Part shown: positions 38,601 to 47,659 of the stretch, piece after piece
Layout: each line of letters opens with the position of its first letter
How positions within the stretch are numbered: the stretch's first letter is position 1
Source of the DNA: Acidobacteriota bacterium
GTDB taxonomy: Bacteria; Acidobacteriota; Thermoanaerobaculia; Multivoradales; JAHZIX01
Assembly (NCBI GenBank): GCA_039191605.1
Contig: JBCCXL010000018.1
Coordinates: 47,521-111,520, forward strand
Direction of reading: 5' to 3'
DNA length: 64,000 nucleotides
Notes under the pieces: model-generated
Databases searched by the model: none
What the model saw: the letters and a program-made list of their open reading frames with translations, nothing else
What the model was told of the DNA's origin: nothing
Position numbers and translations under genes: made by a program

Positions 38601-39707
38601 TTAGCGCATCGCCTTGGAGGAAACCTCCGGATGGCCTTTGACGAAGGCCACCAGGCGCTCGACGTAGGAGGCGAAGGGAGGCACCGCGATGCCGGTGTCG
38701 GCGAGGTCTTCGAGGGTGTTGTCGCAGGTGTAGTAGGTCGGGTGAACGAAGTAGTCGATGGCGGAGGAGGGGATCTGCATCACCCGGTAGACGAAGGGGA
38801 CGTAGTCGATGGCCGCCTTGGCGGCGAATTTCGGCAGCGGAGCGCGCACCACCTTGCGGCGGCAGGCGCGGGCCATGATGTCCAGCAGCTCGTCCACCGT
38901 CGCCGGGTTCGGATCGCAGAGCTGATAGACCCGACCGGAGGTCTCGGGGCGCTTGGAGAGGGAGTCGATGGCCTCAACGATGAAGTCGCTGGGCACCAGG
39001 TTCACCCGGGTGGTCTGGGGATCTCCCACCACCGGCAGCACCGCCACCAGCGGCTGCCGCAGCAGCCAGCGCATCACGAAGTAGGGGCCGTCGAATTTCT
39101 GCGTCTCGCCGGTGCGGCTGTCGCCGACCACCACCGCCGGGCGGTAGACGGTGCAGGGTAGGCCCCGCTCCATGCGCTTCTGCACCTCCACTTCCGCGAG
39201 GTATTTGGTCTCCTCGTAGAAGTTGTTGAAGGTCTGGCCCTTGGCCAGGTCGGTCTCACGGAAGGCACCGGCGTAGCGCCCGCTGATATAGCAGGTGGAC
39301 ACGTATTGCACCCGCTCGAGGTTGGCGCAGCGCTCGGCGAAGTCCAGCACGTAGCGGGTGCCCTCGACGTTCACCTTATAGGCCGGGGGGCGGGGAATGG
39401 AGAGGTCGTAGATCGCCGCCAGGTGGAAGATCTCCGTCACCCGGCTGGCGAGCTCGCCCTCGTTGTCCAATCCCAGGTCGGGCTGGGTGATGTCTCCCTC
39501 CACCAGCTCGATGCGCCCTTCCAGAGCCGGGTTCTCGCCCTCTAGCTCCGCCACCTTCTGCCGCGCCAGGGCGGCAAATTTCGACTGCACCAGGCAGACC
39601 GCTCGGGTTTGGTCTCCCTCTTCCCGCTGCAGCACCCGCGGCAGCAGTCGCGCTCCCAGGAAGCCCGGAAAGCCGGTGAAGAAGACGGTCGAGGAAGTGG
39701 TGCTCAT
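38601..39707 (-). CDS. Extended SDR, thioester-reductase/male-sterility-like oxidoreductase
   Basis: TGFPGFLG, GDITQPDLGL, HLAAIYD, YEETK (YxxxK), RPAVVVGDS. Confidence 0.9.
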   Translation of the reverse strand: MSTTSSTVFFTGFPGFLGARLLPRVLQREEGDQTRAVCLVQSKFAALARQKVAELEGENPALEGRIELVEGDITQPDLGLDNEGELASRVTEIFHLAAIYDLSIPRPPAYKVNVEGTRYVLDFAERCANLERVQYVSTCYISGRYAGAFRETDLAKGQTFNNFYEETKYLAEVEVQKRMERGLPCTVYRPAVVVGDSRTGETQKFDGPYFVMRWLLRQPLVAVLPVVGDPQTTRVNLVPSDFIVEAIDSLSKRPETSGRVYQLCDPNPATVDELLDIMARACRRKVVRAPLPKFAAKAAIDYVPFVYRVMQIPSSAIDYFVHPTYYTCDNTLEDLADTGIAVPPFASYVERLVAFVKGHPEVSSKAMR

Positions 39708-39894
39708 GGTGCGGGGCTCCTGCTGCGGTGGACGGGAAGGATCCTCGAGGGATCAGCGGACCGGTGGGCGCCGCGTCGCGGCAGAAAGGCCGCGCCGCGC
39801 TGCGGCAGGAAGTATACCGCGCCGCGGCAGAAGTCCCAATGCAGGAGCCGGGAATGCAGCAGGTCATCTCATCAGGAGCCTGAAGATCGAGCCT

Positions 39895-41406
39895 TCAGGT
39901 CCGGTCCCAGCGTACGTACACCTCCCTGAGCTGGAGCCAGAGGAAGAGCTGAGAGAGCAGGTTGGCGGCCAGGACGATCAGCACCGCCGTCAGAGTCCAG
40001 GGCTGAGGGGCCTCCTCGGCGAGAGTGATCCTGGTGAGCACCAGCGCGGCGATGAGTAGCGCCACCTGGAGGGTGACGAAGAGGTTGAGTCTGGTATCCC
40101 AGACGAGGCCGGATCGGTCTGCGCCGGGGTGTCCCATGACCGCATAGGAGACGCTCATCATCGCCGGCAATCCCGCGACCATGAGCACGGCGGGGAAGGG
40201 CGGTAGGGTCCAGGGAGCGTAGCTCTCTGTTGCTGCACCTACGACGGGAGCCAGAGCGAGGAGCCCTCGGCCCAGCAGCAGCAGGGGCCCCAAGGCAAAG
40301 AGGAGAAAGACGGCCTGTCCCAGCAGGGCCTCTCCAAAGGCGGCGCGGGTCAGCTGGTGCCGCGAGAGAGGGTAAGGCAGCGTGCGAGTGAAGGGCGAGG
40401 GGTAGAAGCTGGTGTAGAAGATCATCGTGATCCACGCGCCCAGCAGCAGAACTTCGCCGCCGTAGTCGCGCTCTTCCCCGCTGTCGACGTGGAGATAGCT
40501 GAGCAGGGTCTCCCACCAAGACGCCAGCGTGAAGGACTTTCCGGCCTCGGTGAGGTCGAGCAGACTGACGACGAGGATCGAGAGAAGGATCGGGAGGGTG
40601 ATCACCAGCAGACTGAGGACCCAGGGCATACGGCGGGTGCCGTAGCGCTCGATTCGAGCGCCCCGAATCCACCGTTGCCAGCTGTCGGGAGAAGAGGTAG
40701 AGCCTTTCGAGGCCAGCTCCACCGGTCGTCCCCCACGTCCCCAATGTCCTCGAAAGTGGCCCACCGCTTGGACTCCGACGTTGTAGGCAGCAGGGTTCGA
40801 GGTGAGCGATTCCGGGCCCTCCACGACGCGGCGGAAGAGTCCATCGGAGAGGCAGAAGCGGATCAGGATCAATCCACCGAGCCAATAGACGGTCGCCGCG
40901 GCGGGAGAGAGCACCCAGGGAAGGGTGTGCAAGATCGTCAAGGCATAGGTGAAGAGCACTCCGACGCCGACCACCAGCAGGTTGGGATAGGGAAGCAGGC
41001 TGATGGCGAAGACGGCGAGGGCGAGTCCGCTTCCGGTGTATGGATCAATCGCTGGGTCCAGCAGTGAGCCCAGGGCGCCACTGAGGATAGCCAGCAGAGT
41101 GAGTACCCAGCCGGCGCGGCGAATTCCGGTGCGATAGCCGGGCCAGATCTGGTGATGGCGAATCCGCTGGAGCGTTCTCAAGGCGAGGGCGGCGAAGCAG
41201 CCGAGAACGAGAGGGATAGAGAGGATCAGCACCGGCCCGAGCTCGAGACGCACCGAACCGCGCTCGTTCTCTACCCAGAGGAAGGGAACGAGGAGCGCGG
41301 TAAGAACGATGATCATCGACAGATGAGTGCCCCCGGCGCGCAGCATCATGCGCCACAGGAGCGAAGAAGGTCTCGGAGTCAGCAGGCTATCGGTGGATGA
41401 GCTCAT
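39895..41406 (-). CDS. Hypothetical polytopic membrane protein, putative ABC permease (copy 2)
   Basis: About 12 TMs; shares motifs with 41569-43095; downstream of the ABC ATPase. Confidence 0.75.
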   Translation of the reverse strand: MSSSTDSLLTPRPSSLLWRMMLRAGGTHLSMIIVLTALLVPFLWVENERGSVRLELGPVLILSIPLVLGCFAALALRTLQRIRHHQIWPGYRTGIRRAGWVLTLLAILSGALGSLLDPAIDPYTGSGLALAVFAISLLPYPNLLVVGVGVLFTYALTILHTLPWVLSPAAATVYWLGGLILIRFCLSDGLFRRVVEGPESLTSNPAAYNVGVQAVGHFRGHWGRGGRPVELASKGSTSSPDSWQRWIRGARIERYGTRRMPWVLSLLVITLPILLSILVVSLLDLTEAGKSFTLASWWETLLSYLHVDSGEERDYGGEVLLLGAWITMIFYTSFYPSPFTRTLPYPLSRHQLTRAAFGEALLGQAVFLLFALGPLLLLGRGLLALAPVVGAATESYAPWTLPPFPAVLMVAGLPAMMSVSYAVMGHPGADRSGLVWDTRLNLFVTLQVALLIAALVLTRITLAEEAPQPWTLTAVLIVLAANLLSQLFLWLQLREVYVRWDRT

Positions 41407-41568
41407 GGGAAGATCCTCAGAACGATGGGCGCGAAGACCCGCGAAGGGATCGTGGGGACGTCATGGACTGGACGGAAGGATAGGAAATCAGAAGGGGCGA
41501 GGCCTGCGCGACCAATCCCGCGACGAGGACTCGGTATTGAAGCAGTGCCGTTTCGGCGGCTCCGCCCG

Positions 41569-43095
41569 TCAAGCTCGATTCCACACCCGGTAGACGGTCC
41601 TGAGCTGGAGCCAGAGCAGAGCTTGGGTGAGGAGCCAGGTGCAGAACAGGGTGAGCTGAAACGCGAGGCTCCAGGGGAGAGGCGATCCTTCCTCCTGGGT
41701 GATGCCCGCGAACAACAGCCCGGCGATCAGCAGCAGCCCTTGGCCGACCAGCAGGGCCGGCTGGAGCTTGTCTTTGAACTTTCCGCATTTGCCGTCGTTG
41801 GGTCTGCCGATATAGCTATAGGAGAAGCCCAGCAGGAGGGGGAGGCCGAGGAACATCAGGGTGGCCGGGAACGGAGCGGGGGCCCACAGCACGTTGTGGC
41901 CGAGTTCTCCACCCTGGCGTTCCACGAGCCAGCGGATCCCGTTGCCCAAGGCGATGACCGGCACCAGGAGAAAGGCCAGGATCTGAGCCTGAGAGACGAG
42001 GGCATCGACAAAGGCGGCGCGATGGGCGTCGCGGCGGCCTAGGGGGTAGAGCAGGCTGCGGGTAAAGGGGGCGGCGAAAACGGTGACGTAGGTCATCATC
42101 GAGATCCAGAATCCAGCTAGCAGGCTCTGGGTGCCTTCGTCGTCACCGGGCCAGGTGAGGCAGGCGCGGGTCAGCGATTCTGCCCAGGCGGCTCCGGATC
42201 CCAGCTGGCCGGCTCCATGGAGACGTAGGGCGCTGACTGCGATGAGGGAAAAGAGCATCGGAACCGTCAGCACCAGGAGCGGCAGGAGCCAGGGAAAACG
42301 GTGGCTGCCGAAGCGCTCTACCGCCGCGGCGCGGAGCCATTGAAGGGTGCGCCGCGACTCGCCCGCGCCCGCGATTTCGACCTTCCGGTGGCCCCGGCGC
42401 CAGTGCCCCCGCATCGTGGCGAGGGCGTTGGGGCCGGTGCTCCAGGATTCCGGATTGGTCGCGAGGGCGGCGGGGCCTGTCACGACCTGGCGAAAGAGGA
42501 AGTCAGAGAGACAGAGCCGGATCAGCAGCAGCCCGCCAACGAGATAGAGAGCCGCCGCCGAGGGGCTTGAGAGCCAGGGAAAGTCGCCTCGGAACAAGCC
42601 AAAGAAATAGGCGAAAGCCAGGGCCGGCGCGGCGACGAGCACATTGGGGTAGGGAATCAGGCCGAGGGCGAAGATCGCCAGGGCGACGGAGGCTCCGAGA
42701 AAGGGCGAAACCTCGGCGCTCAGGAAGGAGCCCAGCAGGCCCACCGTCAGCGCCAGCAGTGCGAGACTCCAGCCGTCTCTGCGGATGCCGGCCCGGTACC
42801 CGCTCCACAGGTGCTGGTGGGTGACCCGCTGGAGCATTTGGAGGCTGATGCCCGAGGCACAGCCGATCAAGAGGGGAAGCGATACGACCAAGAGCGCGGT
42901 GAGGCTAAAGGGTTCGTCGAGATCAGGGGCGGAGCTCCAATAGGTAGGGATGGCGCCGCCGGTGACGAGGATCGCCAGGAAGAGGTAGCCGCGGGCAGCG
43001 CGGGGCAGCAGGTGCCACAGCAGCGAGGGGAAGGTCCCCGAGCGAAAGGCGCGCGCCGGAGAGGTTCGCCGCAAGACTTGCGACTCGGTGGTCAC
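41569..43095 (-). CDS. Hypothetical polytopic membrane protein, putative ABC permease (copy 1)
   Basis: About 12 TMs; GTGA coupling to the ABC ATPase. Confidence 0.78.
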   Translation of the reverse strand: MTTESQVLRRTSPARAFRSGTFPSLLWHLLPRAARGYLFLAILVTGGAIPTYWSSAPDLDEPFSLTALLVVSLPLLIGCASGISLQMLQRVTHQHLWSGYRAGIRRDGWSLALLALTVGLLGSFLSAEVSPFLGASVALAIFALGLIPYPNVLVAAPALAFAYFFGLFRGDFPWLSSPSAAALYLVGGLLLIRLCLSDFLFRQVVTGPAALATNPESWSTGPNALATMRGHWRRGHRKVEIAGAGESRRTLQWLRAAAVERFGSHRFPWLLPLLVLTVPMLFSLIAVSALRLHGAGQLGSGAAWAESLTRACLTWPGDDEGTQSLLAGFWISMMTYVTVFAAPFTRSLLYPLGRRDAHRAAFVDALVSQAQILAFLLVPVIALGNGIRWLVERQGGELGHNVLWAPAPFPATLMFLGLPLLLGFSYSYIGRPNDGKCGKFKDKLQPALLVGQGLLLIAGLLFAGITQEEGSPLPWSLAFQLTLFCTWLLTQALLWLQLRTVYRVWNRA

Positions 43096-44021
43096 GACGC
43101 CTCCCGCAGCCAGCTGTCCCGAGCCCGGGTGAGCAAGGGGAAGATCTCGTCGAGGGTGAGGGCGCGCGAGTTGACGCTCACCCCGTGGCGCTGCTCGAAG
43201 GCTTTGCGCTCCTCATCGCCGACCCCATCGGTCCATAGCTGCGCCTGGGGGCCCTCGATGATCTGGCGCACCACGAAGCTCTCGGGAAATTGGTGGGGGA
43301 GGGGCTCACCCTGAGGGGAGAGCACCTGCCAGCGGGCGTAGCGCTCCTGAAGCGAGTCCAGGGGCTGATCGGCGGTGAGCTGGCCGTCGTGAAGGCAGAC
43401 GATGTGGTCCACCACCTTCTCGACGTCCCGCAGCACGTGGGAGGCGATGACGATGGTGGTCTCGTGGCGCTCCCGCAGCAGCTCGAGGAGAAAGTGCAGG
43501 AGCTCGGAGCGGCCGAAGGGGTCGAGGCCCGCGGCGGGCTCGTCCAGCAGCAGCAGATCCGGGCGATGGCCGGTGGCGAGCACCAGGGCGAGCTTCTGTA
43601 CGTTGCCCGGGGAGAGGCTGCCGACCCGGGCGTCGAGCTCCAGCTCCAGCTGGCCGACCAGGCGCTGTTCCAGCTCGACGTCCCAATCCGGGTAGAAGGA
43701 AGCGACGTAGCGAATGTGCTCTTCGACGCTCATCCAGTCGATGAAGCGGCTGCGCTGGTAGACCATGCCGATGCGGGCGAGGGTGGCGGAGTCCAGCTTG
43801 GGGGCCGGGCAGCCGAGAACCTCCACCCTGCCCCGCTGCGGAAGGACGTCTCCAATGAGATGGCGCAGCAGGGTGGACTTACCGCAGCCGTTGCGCCCGA
43901 TGAGGCCCACCAGCGAGCCCTGGGGAACCTGCAGCTGAAGGCGCGACAGGGTAGGCGTCGACCCTGAACGGCCGCGCGAATAGCTGTGGGATAGATCTTG
44001 AACGTCGATGGCGAGGGTCAT
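43092..44021 (-). CDS. ABC transporter ATP-binding protein (YtrB-like)
   Basis: GRNGCGKST, LSPG signature, LLLLDEP, ASH. Confidence 0.93.
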   Translation of the reverse strand: MTLAIDVQDLSHSYSRGRSGSTPTLSRLQLQVPQGSLVGLIGRNGCGKSTLLRHLIGDVLPQRGRVEVLGCPAPKLDSATLARIGMVYQRSRFIDWMSVEEHIRYVASFYPDWDVELEQRLVGQLELELDARVGSLSPGNVQKLALVLATGHRPDLLLLDEPAAGLDPFGRSELLHFLLELLRERHETTIVIASHVLRDVEKVVDHIVCLHDGQLTADQPLDSLQERYARWQVLSPQGEPLPHQFPESFVVRQIIEGPQAQLWTDGVGDEERKAFEQRHGVSVNSRALTLDEIFPLLTRARDSWLREAS

Positions 44022-44464
44022 GACGCCTCCTCGGAATCTCGGGAACGAGCAGAGTTCTTGGCAGACGGGCTTTTGGGTGAAGGAGGAATCGCGGTGTTCT
44101 GAAGCTCTTCACGATAGAGGGTCACCGCTTCCTCCGCGGGGACGCCGAGCTGATGGGCGAGGGTGGCGCAGGGGTGGAGGGCCTCCCGCAGAGGCTCGAG
44201 ACGGCGCGCCTCGACTTGGGCTTCCGGCTGCTCTCGAACCACCAGGGGGCGCCCGGGGCGGCGCTCGAGGACGCCGTCGCGCTCCAGCAGGCTGTAGGCT
44301 TTGCTCACGGTCATGGGATTGACCCCCAGGTCGGAAGAGAGGTTTCGGGTGGAGGGCAGCTCGGCTCCGGTAGAGAGCAGGCCGCTCGCGATGTGGACCT
44401 TGATTTGGTCCATGATCTGCCGGTAGACCGGCACGCCGCTATGGACGTCGACGACCAGCAGCAC
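44018..44464 (-). CDS. GntR family regulator, YtrA subfamily
   Basis: PVYRQIMDQIK, LPSTRNLSSDLGVNPMTVSKAYSLLE; short C-terminus; ATGA coupling to the ATPase. Confidence 0.93.
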   Translation of the reverse strand: MLLVVDVHSGVPVYRQIMDQIKVHIASGLLSTGAELPSTRNLSSDLGVNPMTVSKAYSLLERDGVLERRPGRPLVVREQPEAQVEARRLEPLREALHPCATLAHQLGVPAEEAVTLYREELQNTAIPPSPKSPSAKNSARSRDSEEAS

Positions 44465-44549
44465 GGGGCGTCTCCCCGCCGCGGGGGGGGCGGCGCAAGA
44501 AGCGGGACCAGGGTGGAGAGGGTGTGGGGTGCATGGCTTTCTCGATCTG

Positions 44550-44618
44550 GTGTATTAGTGAACTAATGCGCTGAGGCGGATGGTAGGAGAGCTGAGGTGT
44601 ATTTGTCAAGTAATACAC
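44550..44618 (-). promoter_or_regulatory. Promoter TTGACA-N18-TACCAT with two YtrA-type operator palindromes
   Basis: GTGTATTAGTGAACTAATGCGC (44550-44571) and GTGTATTTGTCAAGTAATACAC (44597-44618); TTGACA 44609-44604; TACCAT 44585-44580. Confidence 0.8.
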
Positions 44619-44825
44619 TGATTTCCCTCAGCGGCTCCTCGGGATGGGTCTCGGGGGCTGGCCGATTGGAGCGCTCCCGAGGCCTTCCCCTCCCCAAGCC
44701 AGCTCCAAAACGAAAACGCACCGGCCGCCGAAGCGGTCCGGTGCGTTGGGGCGACGCGGCGATTCTGCCGGGTCGCTGCCTCGGGAGCTGGCTCCCGAGA
44801 CGAGGGATGCTCGAGGCTCAGTGGA

Positions 44826-45242
44826 TCAGAGGTTCAGCGACCAGTTGCTGGAACCGCTGACGGTCTGGGAATCCACCGCGGAGGAGAAGGTGACGGAGGT
44901 GCCAGGGGGAAGGTTCACCGTGCCGTTGACCAGGCGCAGAGGGGTCAGCACGTAGATGTCCACCTGCATGTTGACGTCGCTGTCGGCGGCGGTGATCACC
45001 ATCTGCTTGGCGGTGATGTTGACGGTGTCGAGCACCAGGGCGCCGCCGGCGGTGCTGGCGAAGGAGAGGCCGCCGAGGGTCTGGGTGTTGTCGCCGAGGC
45101 TCCAGCGGCCCTCGTCTTGGGGCGCCTCGAAGATCAGAACCGTCGAGTTGCCGTTGGCCGGCAGGCCCGAGTAGGTGACGCGGATGGGGTAGTAGGTCAG
45201 CATGCTGCCACCGGCTTGTTCAGCAGCGAAGGACTCAGCCAT
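44826..45242 (-). CDS. Hypothetical beta-rich protein, paralogue C (138 aa)
   Basis: GAGG SD, strong codon bias, alignable by eye to the two upstream ORFs. Confidence 0.82.
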   Translation of the reverse strand: MAESFAAEQAGGSMLTYYPIRVTYSGLPANGNSTVLIFEAPQDEGRWSLGDNTQTLGGLSFASTAGGALVLDTVNITAKQMVITAADSDVNMQVDIYVLTPLRLVNGTVNLPPGTSVTFSSAVDSQTVSGSSNWSLNL

Positions 45243-45415
45243 GGTGATTACCTCTTCTATCGAGAATGGGGTCGAGAGTGTGAAATTGCGTTTCTACGGT
45301 CTGGGTGGGAGCCCTCGATGGGTCTCGACGGACCTGGATTCGAGGGGCGCCGGGCCTCTCAATGGCTCATGGAGGCGAGCTCGGAGGCGCTGTCGCTGGC
45401 CCAGCTGTCACTGGC

Positions 45416-45823
45416 TCAGCTGAGGGGCACGCTCCAGGAGGAGTTGCCGCCGACGGTGGTGCTGGAGGCGCGGGAGATGAAGGTCACCGTGGCCCCCTGA
45501 GGCAGGTTGACGTTGCCGCCGACTCGGCGATCCGGGGTCAGGACGTAGAGGTTCAGCGAGAAGTTGCCGTCGGCGTCGCCGCCGTAGACGATCACCTGCT
45601 TGGAGTTGGTGGTGAAGCTGTTGAAGTTCAGGTTGCTGCCGTCGGTACCGGTGAGACGGTAGCCGCCGAGGGTTTCGGAGTTCTCTCCGATGCTGAACAC
45701 TCCGGCGTCACGGGAGGTGTAGATGCTCACCGTGCCCTGGGTATTGGCGGGCAGGTTGGTGAACACCATGGTCAACTGGTAGTAGAGGGCATCGTCGGCG
45801 GGAGGCAGGAATTCTTCGGCCAT
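45416..45823 (-). CDS. Hypothetical beta-rich protein, paralogue B (135 aa)
   Basis: GGAG SD before ATG 45823 (MAEEF); shares LPAN, SIGENSETLGG, LYVLTP, VNLPQG and terminal W motifs. Confidence 0.82.
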   Translation of the reverse strand: MAEEFLPPADDALYYQLTMVFTNLPANTQGTVSIYTSRDAGVFSIGENSETLGGYRLTGTDGSNLNFNSFTTNSKQVIVYGGDADGNFSLNLYVLTPDRRVGGNVNLPQGATVTFISRASSTTVGGNSSWSVPLS

Positions 45824-45928
45824 GGTTGTTCGTCTCCGAAGGGTGTTGGTTTGGGTTGGAGGGATCGACAACGAGACTCGACAAAGGCCCGCGGTGGGGC
45901 TTGATCTGTTTCTCTGATCGCGACTACG

Positions 45929-45991
45929 AAGTAGGAAGTTTGCGAAGCAGAGGGTTTGCGAACTAGAAAGTTTGAGAATTGCAGGATTTGG
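45929..45991. repeat. Degenerate 16-bp tandem repeat x4
   Basis: aagtaggaagtttgcg / aagcagagggtttgcg / aactagaaagtttgag / aattgcaggatttgg. Confidence 0.6.
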
Positions 45992-46042
45992 CTTCTCGAA
46001 GGGCGAAGACCTCTTGGCTGAGGATTGCGGCTAGAAGCTGGC

Positions 46043-46813
46043 TCAGCTTCCGAGGGTCAGGGCCCAGGAGCCGAAATTCAGCAGCTGGGTTTGATCTTCC
46101 GAGGACTGCAGGACCAGCCAGGCTCCGGGGGGTAGGGTGACCGAGCCCCGGGCTTCAGGGTGCGGTCCGGCGATGAAGAGCTGGAGCGTTAGGGTGGAAT
46201 CCTGGTCGCCATTAGTGACGGTGAGCAGGGAGCGGGTGAGCTCGAGAGCCTGTAGGTTGACGTCGTCCCCGTTGGCTCCCTGGAAATGGCTGCCGAGCAG
46301 CATCTCGCTGCCTAAGGCCCAGGCCGCCGGCTCTCGCAGCTGCACCGAGGCGACGGTATTGGCGGGAATCTCGAAGAAGGTGAGGGTCACCCGGTGGCGT
46401 TGGCGGTGATGGGGCCAGTGGTGGCGGACGACGGTGCTCCCCTCTTCGGCCTGCTGGCTGGTTGGTGTGCCGGCATCTTGTGTGCCGACATCTGGCGCGC
46501 TGGTGAGCTCCTGGGCCGCTGCCGCAGAGGCGCGAAGCTGAGCTTCAGAGACGGCTGGGTCTGGTGTCTCGGCCTGGGTGCCAGATGCCGGCTTTGACGC
46601 CTGCGCCGACTTCTTTGCCGTGTCGGTAGATGTCGTGGCTGCCTTCTTCTTGGTGCTGCGGGCGCTTCGAGCCGCCTGGCGGCGGGCAGCCCGGCCCCCC
46701 TTGGCGTTCGTGCCGGAAGTCTTGGTCGGGCCTCCCACGCTGGAAGCCTTGTCCTTATCGCCGCCTTGTCCGGCGCCGTCCGCGCCGGTGCCCTTCGCTT
46801 GATCTTTGCTCAT
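46043..46813 (-). CDS. Hypothetical protein: low-complexity basic N-half plus the same beta-rich domain, paralogue A
   Basis: C-half has IPAN, WALG, VTLPPG and GSWALTL motifs; N-half is K/A/T/S/G-rich. Confidence 0.75.
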   Translation of the reverse strand: MSKDQAKGTGADGAGQGGDKDKASSVGGPTKTSGTNAKGGRAARRQAARSARSTKKKAATTSTDTAKKSAQASKPASGTQAETPDPAVSEAQLRASAAAAQELTSAPDVGTQDAGTPTSQQAEEGSTVVRHHWPHHRQRHRVTLTFFEIPANTVASVQLREPAAWALGSEMLLGSHFQGANGDDVNLQALELTRSLLTVTNGDQDSTLTLQLFIAGPHPEARGSVTLPPGAWLVLQSSEDQTQLLNFGSWALTLGS

Positions 46814-47659
46814 GGTTCGATCCAGGGTTCAGCTCGAGTGAGCGATTCAGTGAGCGTTGAAATGACGGTCTCGAGGTACACGTCTCCTGTGCGGGCCCCA
46901 GGGGTCTTCGCTCCATGCCTGCCGGTCTAGCGGGCGGCGGTTCGAGGTCGGACACTTCCAACGAGGAAGCGGGTCTCGAGACCGGAGGCGGGAGGGTGGG
47001 AGCGGGCCGCTAGTGCGCAGGCGCTCAGTAAGGGTTGGGGATGAGAAGGGAAGACTCGATACCGCTAACGATAGCTCTGCGGCGCGAAACACCTTTTCTC
47101 AAGTTCTACATCAAGATCTGTCTCGCTGAATTAAAGCACGGTGTCGTGGTGGTGACAACTGCGAAAGCAGGCAATTTCGCCGTCTTTGGTAGACCACTCA
47201 AGTTCTTGATTCGAGGGTGTGTTAATGGGGCTTTGCCGACTTCTAGAGGCGCCGAAGGGCTCGGTGATGTCGAGGAAGACAGGGCCTTCTCTGGCTGCTT
47301 TCCTCGGGCTGCCGTCCAAGCTCCTGAGGGACGCTTTTATGGCTCTCGCCTGCGGCCTTTTCAGGCTCTCTTGATGCCTGTAGGCGAGAGAGTGAACGCT
47401 TCGTTACATGGATTGTCGAGATTTGAAGAAAAAAGCCGAGGATGGGACTGGCGCTCCTCGGATGTCGTTTCGATCCAATACCTTGCCGCATCCCTTCTTC
47501 GGGCTCATTCCGCGGCGGGCGCTGCTTGAGGCGGCGAAGGCAGTTGGTGTATCCTGCCCCCACATCGAGACTCGGAAAATCCCCTGGCGGCGGATTCAAC
47601 CTGCGACTGTCTAGCTTCGGAACGCGCAAGCGCGAGTCCGGCGAGGACAGGAGGAGCCC

